From positions 1 to 11,196 of the forward strand of contig NW_021827033.1 in assembly GCF_006345805.1 (NCBI RefSeq): 11,196 bases of DNA. Direction: 5' to 3'. Below the pieces are notes generated by a model. It was not told the DNA's origin and ran no database searches. It saw only the letters and a list, made by a program, of their open reading frames with translations. The position numbers and the translations under genes were made by a program. Below, piece by piece: positions 1-7,031 of this stretch; position 1 is the first letter of the stretch, and each line of letters begins with the position of its first letter. Source of the stretch: Octopus sinensis. Lineage: Eukaryota.

Positions 1-318
1 AGGCAAATTTGTTGTTGAAAATGGACCTAAATTTGGAAAACTTGTAATGGTTTAAAATACATTTATTTACATATATACCAAACTAGTTTCAACAATATTT
101 TTTGTTTATCAATGGTAAAAATTTAAAGTTATGAATTAGAAAAAAATCTTTAAAACATTGAAACTTTTAACGATTTTTTTCTAATTCATAACTTTAAACT
201 TTTACCATTGATAAACAAAAAAATTATTGAAACTAGTTTGGTATATATGTAAATAAATGTATTTTAAACCATTACAAGTTTTTCAAATATAGGTGCATTT
301 TCAACAACAGATTTGCCT
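1..318. repeat. Long AT-rich palindrome (fold-back/MITE-like), arms 1-155 and 165-318
   Basis: 1-60 reverse-complements 259-318 with 4 mismatches; 61-90 vs 229-258 perfect; 111-148 vs 172-209 with 1 mismatch; a few differences and a 1-nt indel at 91-110; 9-nt centre (156-164). The left arm reaches the window edge, so the true boundary is unseen. Confidence 0.93.
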
Positions 319-348
319 ATATTTTTTTCTGCGTGGAAACACTCCCTC

Positions 349-478
349 TTTTGTTATATGTATATGTATATATATATACACATATATAACGGCGGTGCTC
401 CAGCATGACCGTAGTCAAATGACTGAAACAAGTTAAAAAATAAAAATATGATATATATCTATATATATTATATATATC

Positions 479-506
<28 letters not shown>
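349..506. repeat. (TA)n/TATG microsatellites at 349-388 and 449-506, flanking a SINE tail
   Basis: Direct reading of TA runs. Confidence 0.9.
388..446 (+). mobile_element. Isolated 3' tail of an octopus-type SINE
   Basis: aacggcggtgctccagcatgaccgtagtcaaatgactgaaacaagttaaaaaataaaa. Same tail as 8535-8587; resembles the LINE 3' end at 3782-3829 (-). Confidence 0.8.
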
Positions 507-510
<4 letters not shown>

Positions 511-522
511 GTTTAAGTGAAA

Positions 523-665
523 CAGTTCTATATTTAAGAGACGAGGAATTATGTACAATATTTACATTATTTATATTTGACGGATATTTGTCCTCATCTT
601 GTTTGTTTGTTAACACAACGTTTCGGCTGATATACCCTCCAGCCTTCATCAGGTGTCTTGGGGAA
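523..665 (-). mobile_element. 5'-truncated inverted copy of the hammerhead-bearing element (Penelope-like 3' segment)
   Basis: The reverse complement of 566-665 matches 846-944 with 5 substitutions and 1 indel. This copy continues about 43 nt further 3' (to ...aaatatagaactgt at 523). Confidence 0.85.
612..657 (-). ncRNA. Minimal type I hammerhead ribozyme, core intact, palindromic stem III (dimer type)
   Basis: Minus strand reads gACAC-CUGAUGA-a-GGCUG-gaggguauau-CAGCC-GAAA-C-GUU-GUGUu: stem I ACAC/GUGU, stem II GGCUG/CAGCC, self-complementary ACGU in place of a stem III hairpin. Predicted GUU cleavage between 617 and 616. Confidence 0.85.
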
Positions 666-726
666 GGACAGAAAAATATTAGATTTATAAGCCCTAAAAT
701 TCACTCCATAATTGCCCACGGGCATA

Positions 727-781
727 TGGCGTAGTGGTTAAGAGTGCGCGCTACTAACCCCAGGATTCCAAGTTCGATTCC
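727..781 (+). promoter_or_regulatory. Internal RNA polymerase III promoter (A and B boxes)
   Basis: A box TGGCGTAGTGG 727-737; B box GTTCGATTCC 772-781; tRNA-like spacing. Confidence 0.8.
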
Positions 782-853
782 AGGCGGTTGCCTGAATAAT
801 AATAATTTCGAAAAATACCTTAGGAATGAGAATCCAGGTTGAAATTTCCCCAA

Positions 854-899
854 GACACCTGAAGAAGGCTGGAGGGTATATCAGCTGAAAAGTTGTGTT
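854..899 (+). ncRNA. Second hammerhead copy, partly degenerate
   Basis: ACAC-CUGAAGA-a-GGCUG-gaggguauau-CAGCU-GAAA-A-GUU-GUGU. Core CUGANGA and GAAA retained; stem II closing pair is G.U; the stem III palindrome ACGU is mutated to AAGU. Confidence 0.7.
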
Positions 900-1700
900 A
901 ACAACAAACAAGATGAGGACAAATATCTGTCAAATGTAAATAATTTGTTAAGATTATTTCTACAGATATTCTATAGAAATTTTGGTTCTATGCTTTATGT
1001 TGTCTCTATTTGGTTCTGTGCATTATGTTATCAGAAAACGCAAGAGAGACAATAACATAGATAACTGGAAAAGGTAATCGTTGACCAACAGTCGTCAATA
1101 GTTTCCCATTTTGAAGATTATGTTACTGCGAAAATCCCAGTAATGACGCTTTTGTTTCCTTAGAAACCATTGGAAGAATTTAAAACATCATATATATAAA
1201 TGAAAAGAATTACGAGTACATTTTAAAAGGAAAAGCTGTGATCAAAATTGAAAAACAAAAAAATGTTCATAGATCATCCTTATTTCTGAAATACGAACGA
1301 GCATGTCTTCTGTCTTTGAAAGAGCGCGGAATAATCTGTCGTTTCTTTCTGCTTTTTTCTACCACTACTATAATGGATTCTAGTCTAGGGAATTAATTTC
1401 TTTTCTATCACTTCCACTTAGGCACTCTAAAGATACACGTCTCTCTCATTCGCATCACCCATATTGTTTCCATCACAATTAACTTCTACGGCCCGGTGTT
1501 TCTTCATATGGTGTCTACCCTCTAGAATTCTCAAAGTGAATACTTTTTGTCTGTTGTTGTTGCCTTAGGACTGTTTGAACGGAACTTTAACAGCATCGAC
1601 TTCACTGGATTCAGAGGACTTGTGAAAACCGTGGATATAATCTTTTTCTCCAAATCAGTCCGAAAAAACATTAAAAAATTTGGCCTGCCAACGGACTTAC

Positions 1701-1752
1701 AAACAACGTCAGGCACATTCTCTCTCCCTTCTTCAGTCTCAAATGAAGAACC
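1701..1752 (-). CDS. Weak candidate internal exon (52 nt), product unknown
   Basis: Minus strand atatttag|GGTTCT...GTTGTTT|gtaagt. Good donor, poor pyrimidine tract, two frames open. No recognisable domain. Confidence 0.15.
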
Positions 1753-1987
1753 CTAAATATTAGATTCTTCAATCTTAATAGCAATTTAGGGCTTTGGTCA
1801 GTCTTGATCCCGCAGATTCATTTGGCCGAAACTTCACCCGCTGTCCATGCTATATAAGTCACTGACATTGCACCATTCTCACCGGAACTGGACGCTGGTT
1901 CGTTAAGTCCCTAGCTATAGTTGGTACTTCATTTCCCGTTGCTCCAGTCTATTCAGCTGTAAAGAAGTTCCATAGCTAGGAATTTAC

Positions 1988-2034
1988 CTCAACGACGGAA
2001 GCGGCAGTTTTTCATCGTCATTTTTAGTGAAAAT
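1988..2034 (-). CDS. Weak candidate exon or start of a terminal exon, product unknown
   Basis: Minus strand ttctgttttag|ATTTTCACTAAAAATGAC...TTGAG|gtaaat. Phase 0 reads IFTKNDDEKLPLPSL; phase 1 stops after D-F-H. Confidence 0.2.
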
Positions 2035-2283
2035 CTAAAACAGAATTGTTTTCTCACCGACAAAGCAAGGGTTTTCTCAGTTAAATTCCTGATTTCATTT
2101 ATGGACAGAAAGACGTAAATTTGGGAAAGGAAACAATTGATTATACGGAACGTAGGGGCTTCGCCATAGGTCCGTATTTTAATTATTTTGATGACGATAC
2201 ACACATCTACAAGCTGGAGAGAATAGGGTTTGTGGCGGGAGTGGAAAAGTGGGAGATAGAAAGGATTTGTGTGTGTGACTCCG

Positions 2284-2900
2284 TGAGAGAGAGAGAGAGA
2301 GAAGAGAGTAAGGAAGAGAGAGAGAGAGAGTGAGAGAGTAAGGAAGAGAGAGAGAGTAAGGAAGAGAGAGAGTAAGGAAGAGCGGGAGAGAGGGAGTAAG
2401 GAAGAGAGAGAGAGAGGACCTGCGTATATGAATGTGTACGTATGAGAGAGACAGACAGAGACAGAGACAGACAGACACACAGACACGCAGACAGACAATG
2501 CAAGTGAGTGCACGTGTCTGTGTGCATGAATTAGTGAGAGAGAGAGAGAGAGAGAGCAAAGCGAGAGAGAGAGAGAGCAAAGCGAGAGAGAGAGCAAAGC
2601 GAAAGAGAGAGCAAAGCGAGAGAGAGAGAGAGCAAGCGAGAGAGAGAGAGAGAGCAAAGCGAGAGAGAGAGAGAGCAAAGCGAGAGAGAGAGAGAGAGCG
2701 TGTGTAAGACTATGAGAGCGACTGTGTGCGTGAGAGAGAGAAAGAGAAAGAGAGCAAGTGCTTGTGTGTATATAAATGTGTGGGTGAGAGAGAGGGAAGA
2801 GAGAGAGGATGTGTGTGCGTGTGAGTATGTGTATGACTGTGTGTGAGACACAGAGAGCGACTGTGTGAGTGTGTATATGTGAGTGTGTGTATGTGTATTT
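2284..2900. repeat. Composite (GA)n/(GACA)n/(TG)n tract with higher-order units
   Basis: GTAAGGAAG x5 (2308, 2338, 2356, 2372, 2396) and GCAAAGCGA-like x7 (2556-2683) embedded in GA runs; TG-rich from about 2760 to 2900. Confidence 0.95.
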
Positions 2901-3052
2901 TGGCATGCTCCAGATATTAACATATTTTAATTAACTTTTTTTACCAATAAACTTTCGGATTTTTCCCATTCAATCATCTTATTTTTACTTATTTGTTTTA
3001 CACGTGTATTTTTTTTTTATCCCATTTCGTATTTTTAAATCGCCATCAATCA

Positions 3053-3112
3053 TCACCCCCACCACCACCACCACCATCACCACCACCATCATCATTATCA
3101 TTATCATCATTA
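3053..3112. repeat. (CAC)n/(CAT)n trinucleotide microsatellite
   Basis: Direct reading. Confidence 0.9.
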
Positions 3113-3366
3113 ACAACGACGATAACCGTTGCTGAGCGAAGCGAGACCAGACACGCACACGTTTACGCTATGAATAATTTATTTTTGACGTGATGCAAAA
3201 CGCTCTAAGAATGCGGAAGAAAACAAATTGCCACGTTCAGATTTACTCAAAACGCATTAATTAGTCTGCAAATGAAGGAAGCTGGCCCAACTTAACTCTT
3301 GTTCAATGGAGTTCGTCACCTCTATTTTGAGAAAACTGTATCCATCACATCTAGGGCCTATAACAG

Positions 3367-3836
3367 AGGTTTTCAACCATTTTGTTTTTTATCAATGGAC
3401 ATCCTTGATTACGATTTTATTCTGTTGGACAGCTATAACCATTCGATATTTTTATTTTGCTATAGTTTCAGCTCATATCTGCGGCCATGCTGATGCACAC
3501 CGTTTTGCTACACTTATTACTAAGAGCCTCCTCCAATATGTGGCACTTGGTGAAGCATGGAGTTTGATATAGCTACCCTCATTTGCACCTCTTGCAATGA
3601 GGTAGGTTCATCTGGGACTCTCGACAGGAAGAGGTCCAGCTTTGATTTAAAAACGCCTACATCTACATTGTGCAGCTTCCTCAGGTTTTCAACCATTTTT
3701 TTTTCTATCAATGGACATCCTTGATTACGATTTTATCCTGTTGGACAGCTATAACCATTCGATTTTTTTTTTTTTTTTTTTGCTGTAGTTTCGGCTCAGA
3801 GCAGCGGCCATGCTGATGCACCGCCGTTTTGCTACA
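3367..3836. repeat. Direct repeat, 3367-3512 and 3683-3836
   Basis: An 80-bp flank segment (3367-3446 vs 3683-3762, 3 mismatches) plus the LINE tail (about 7 differences in 55 nt), spaced 316 bp apart. Confidence 0.92.
3447..3684 (-). mobile_element. LINE 3'-terminal fragment B (ORF2 C-terminus, 3'UTR, short A tail); CR1/L2/Crack-like group
   Basis: Translates LRKLHNVDVGVFKSKLDLFLSRVPDEPTSLQEVQMRVAISNSMLHQVPHIGGGS*, the FK..LD..L..VPDEP...SNS C-terminal motif of invertebrate CR1-group LINEs, followed by the tail stem-loop and an A-rich end. Confidence 0.8.
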
Positions 3837-4098
3837 TCTTCCTTGTGCAGGTTTCTCAAGCTCTTTGTGAGAATATTAAAAAGCTGTGGGCCCCTGAAAC
3901 CCAGGCTGTTGCAGTAACTGGTCCTGAAGCGCGATGGCATTGCTGAGATCCTTGGCACTATGCAGTGTTGTCCCGTTCTGGCATTGGTGTAGCTTTCAAT
4001 GTCAGAATTTAGCACAAATCCTTCCAGGATCTTCCAGATGTATATTGCTGCGTACCTCTCCCGTTTTCTCTCCTGGGAGTAGAGTCTTAGCTGTTTCA
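3763..4098 (-). mobile_element. LINE 3' fragment A (post-RT region) with internal deletion and 19-nt poly(A)
   Basis: Translates KQLRLYSQERKRERYAAIYIWKILEG...SLGFRGPQLFNILTKSLRNLHKEDV (L.LYS.ERRRER motif), then jumps to the 3'UTR at a TGTAG microhomology. Poly(A) is the T19 run at 3763-3781. Confidence 0.85.
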
Positions 4099-4238
4099 TG
4101 TTTAAAAACTAGTTTTAAAGGAACTTCTTTCAAAATTCCTATTTAATTTTTCACGCATTAACTTGTGTAAGTTGAACTATGTAAAACGTTAGGGAAAGAA
4201 GCCTGTTTCTTGCAATACATACCAATACATACATCTAA

Positions 4239-4353
4239 AGCGGTGGAACTTAAAATACTATTGTGGATCCCCAATTTAATATTTTGTTACGAGGACCCCA
4301 AAAATCTTATGTGGACCATCAGTAGCCATATGGATTCCGGGTGAGAACCATTG
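4239..4353 (-). mobile_element. Probable terminal remnant of a hAT-like DNA transposon
   Basis: Minus strand begins CAATGGTTCTCACC (cf. CAGTGGTTCTCAAC-type termini), followed by ggtccac/ggggtcc/ggatccac subterminal motifs. No partner end found. Confidence 0.45.
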
Positions 4354-4516
4354 GCCTATATGAAAGGGTGGGTTTTAGCCAGTAAATCACTCTGGGAGCT
4401 ACACAGCAGCTAATTAGGAGACCTTAACAACCTACCAGGCCCTCTCTCCTAAAAGAATGGAGGAAAAGAGTTACTAAGAAAAACTCACAACCCCTTTTTC
4501 TGTTACATAGCTAGAA

Positions 4517-4518
<2 letters not shown>

Positions 4519-4564
<46 letters not shown>

Positions 4565-4565
4565 C

Positions 4566-4614
<49 letters not shown>
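4519..4614. repeat. (TG)n microsatellite with a CGTG interruption
   Basis: Direct reading. Confidence 0.97.
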
Positions 4615-4615
<1 letters not shown>

Positions 4616-4778
4616 TCCAAGCCAGCCTTCGGGCGCATAAGAGAAGGCGGGGTTCAAGCAATAAGCTAGTAAATCGTTCTGGGACCTGGACAGAAACCAA
4701 GTAGGAGCCCGTAACAATCTACAGTTTTCCCTTATGAAAAAAAAAAAAACGATGAAAGAATAATCACGGTTCCTCTAG

Positions 4779-4890
4779 CAGCGGCGTAGCTAGAGTGTGT
4801 GTGCTGCCCATTGCAGCCTTTGAGTGTGCCGCCTTCCCTCCCGGACCCCAGTGTGTAGAAGCTTAGAGAGCAGGCAAAAAAGTGTCACCC
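4779..4890 (+). mobile_element. Possible terminus of a non-autonomous DNA element
   Basis: Starts CAGCGGCGTAGCTAG and has GTGTCACCC at 4882-4890, motifs I associate with invertebrate MITE ends. No second end or TSD seen. Confidence 0.3.
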
Positions 4891-4898
4891 TTATAAAA

Positions 4899-5011
4899 CC
4901 TTTTCAGGGCCGATAAAATAAGTACCAGTGAAACACTGGGTTCGATGTAATCGACTTGAAGCTTCCCCCGAAATTGCCGGCCTTGTGTCAAATTTTGAAA
5001 CCGATATTTAG
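4899..5011 (+). mobile_element. 3' half of a tRNA-derived SINE, forming an inverted repeat with 5422-5534
   Basis: ccttttcagggccgataaaataagtaccagtg...gaaaccgatatttag; 108/113 identical to the reverse complement of 5422-5534. Confidence 0.9.
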
Positions 5012-5421
5012 ACTGCCCCCTCGCCTTGTCGTCCTACTACCCAGGCGACTCCTCTCTCGAATTTTGAGAGGATTTCCACCAACCTGCCTCTTGAGTCCTG
5101 AGAACAGGGAAATAGAATTGTTCCACCTTAACAAATTTCTCTCGGAGGCTCTGCCTAGATGTCAAACCGAACACGTATTCGCTTGTAACTGGGTTGCTTG
5201 GATTTCTAGATTTGACCTACACGCATTTTATTGTCAATAAAACACCGAAGTCAATGTTGATTACCAACTTAAAGTGAAGGTTATGTACGAACACAGAATA
5301 TTGCATTGTTCACATTGAGAGGGCCTCTCATATGGACTCGTGATGCATAAAAGCACTCGTATTTATTTCGTTGATACACGAGAACCGACTAGATTTGACA
5401 CCAGAAGGAAATAGAATGAAA

Positions 5422-6046
5422 CTAAATATCGGTTTCAAAATTTGACACAAGGCCAGCAATTTCCGGGGAAGCGTCAAGTCGATTACATCGAACACAGTGT
5501 TTCACTGGTACTTATTTTATCGGCCCCGAAAAGGATGGATGGCAAAGTCAACCTTGGAGGAATTTGAACTCAGAACGTAAAGACGGACGAAATACCGCTA
5601 AAGATTTTGCCTGATTTGTTAACGATTCTTATTTCTTTACTGCCCACAGGGGGCTACACACAGAGGGGACAAACAAGGACAGACGGACGGATTAAGTCGA
5701 TTATATCGACTCCGGTGCGTAACTGGTACTTAATTTATCGACCCCGAAAGGATGAAAGGCAAAGTCGACCTTGGTGGAATTTGAACTCAGAACGTAGCGG
5801 CAGACGAAATACCTATTTCTTTATTACCCACAAGGGGCTAAACATAGTGGGGACAAACAAGGACAGACAAACGGATTAAGTCGATTATATCGACCCCAGT
5901 GCGTAACTGGTACTTAATTTATTGACCCCGAAAGGCTGAAAGGCAAAGTCGACCTCGGCGGAATTTGAACTCAGAACGTAAAGACGAATGAAATGCTGCT
6001 AAGCATTTCTTCCGGCGTGCTAACGATTCTGCCAGCTCACCGCCTT
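5422..6046 (-). mobile_element. Head-to-tail trimer of a tRNA-derived SINE (units 5813-6046, 5628-5812, 5422-5627)
   Basis: Each unit has the B box GTTCAAATTCC and the core gtcgactttgcctttcatcctttcggggtcgataaattaagtaccag or a close variant. Only unit 1 has the complete 5' head (aaggcggtgagctggcagaatcgttagc). Confidence 0.9.
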
Positions 6047-6065
6047 CGGTGAAACTAAATACGAA

Positions 6066-6310
6066 GTTGTTGTTGCTGCTGCTGTTGTTGTTTTTGTTAT
6101 TGTTGTCGACACTGCTGCTATTGTGGTTGTTGTTGTTGTCGCTGCTTCTGTTGTCGTGGTTGATGTTGCTGCCACTGTTGCTATTGTTGCTGCTGCTGTG
6201 GTTGTCGCTACCGCTCCTGCTCTTGTCATTGATGTTATCAATGTTGCGGTTGTTGTTGTTGTCGTTGTCGTTGTCACTGCTCTCCTTCCTATTGTTGTCG
6301 CTGCTGTTGT
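6066..6310. repeat. Cryptic (GTT/GCT/GTC)n trinucleotide repeat
   Basis: In-phase degenerate triplets for about 245 bp; source of the poly-L/V/T/N ORFs. Confidence 0.92.
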
Positions 6311-6588
6311 ATTCCGTCAAACCGTGACAATTTCTGTTCCTCTGCATATATATTTCGCAGCTGTACTTCCCAATCGTGTCTGGAGCCAGTGACGCTACAA
6401 AATTGAAAACAAAGATACTTCTGTGTGTATGTGTGTCCTATTCATGCTTGCCCGGGCTGGACGAGATATCATTGCTCCGGTTTCTCTCTGTTGGCTAAAT
6501 TTAGTGACTGTCGTTGCTTCATTTCGCTTTCTCTGCTACGTCTTGCGTGTTGTGAACGCTGTAGTGTAGGTTATATTTCTTAGTACTT

Positions 6589-6976
6589 AAGGCGGCGAGC
6601 TGGCAGAAACGTTAGCACGCCGGGCGAAACGCGTAGCCGTATTTCGTCTGCCGTTACGTTCTGAGTTCAAATTCCGCCGAGGTCGACTTTGCCTTTCATC
6701 CTTTCGGGGTCGATAAATTAAGTACCAGTTGCGCACTGCGGTCGATATAATCGACTTAATCCGTTTGTCTGTCCCCTCTGTGTTTAGCCCCTTGTAGGTA
6801 GTAAAGAAATAGGTATTTCGTCAGCCGTTACGTTCTGAGTTCAAATTCCACCGAGGTCGACTTTGCCTTTCATCCTTTCGGGATCGATTAAATAAGTACC
6901 AGTTCCGTGCTTGGCTCGATCTAATCGACTGACCCCTTCCCCCAAAATTTCGGCCCTTGTGCCTAGAGTAGAAAAG
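6589..6976 (+). mobile_element. Head-to-tail dimer of the same SINE (units 6589-6812 and 6813-6976)
   Basis: Full head with A box TGGCAGAAACG 6601-6611 and B box GTTCAAATTCC 6665-6675. The second unit starts at GTATTTCGTC right after the tail AAAGAAATAG (period 174 bp). Confidence 0.92.
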
Positions 6977-7031
6977 TATATTTTCACCAAGGCACACAAA
7001 GACTGTTTGTCTTCTTTGTATGTCTTGGTGA

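Larger units (their letters stand above)
720..944 (+). mobile_element. tRNA-headed SINE-like element containing a hammerhead ribozyme (retrozyme-like)
   Basis: tRNA-like head 720-793, (AAT)n spacer 795-806, linker, hammerhead 855-898, then a tail shared with the inverted copy at 566-665. Confidence 0.8.

Noticed and set aside
317-649. 110-aa minus-strand ORF
   Set aside because: It runs through the hammerhead tail, TA repeats and an antisense SINE tail; no coding signal.
720-793. Functional tRNA gene (anticodon-like loop CTACTAA)
   Set aside because: A and B boxes are present, but the T stem has 2 of 5 mismatches and the acceptor stem does not pair in register. It is a SINE head.
1531-1756. 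Overlapping 61-aa (-) and 69-aa (+) ORFs
   Set aside because: Non-ATG starts, short, no recognisable domain. Only a sub-part is kept as a weak exon candidate.
1851-1879. TATATAAG plus an Inr-like CCATTCT as a Pol II core promoter
   Set aside because: Spacing is about 24 nt rather than about 30, and such motifs are frequent in AT-rich DNA.
1989-2923. Long ORFs up to 305 aa (poly-SL, ER, HT)
   Set aside because: Translations of GA/TG microsatellites that lack stop codons by composition.
3130-3290. CRE/E-box-like TGACGTGA and octamer-like ATGCAAAA as an enhancer
   Set aside because: Imperfect short motifs with no independent support.
4956-5240. 94-aa ORF across the inverted-repeat interior
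   Set aside because: TTG start inside a SINE arm; no motif recognised in any frame.
1-5534. A-to-G hypermutation between inverted-repeat arms as a fossil of ADAR editing
   Set aside because: Arm differences are mixed transitions and transversions, including CpG-type C to T changes, with no A/G excess.
5628-6046. CRISPR-like or satellite array
   Set aside because: Units are 174-234-bp SINE bodies with Pol III boxes and no unique spacers, in a eukaryotic context.
5919-6392. Low-complexity N/S/T-rich or poly-L/V proteins
   Set aside because: Several frames on both strands are open only because of the triplet repeat, and the longest ORF reads into a SINE head.
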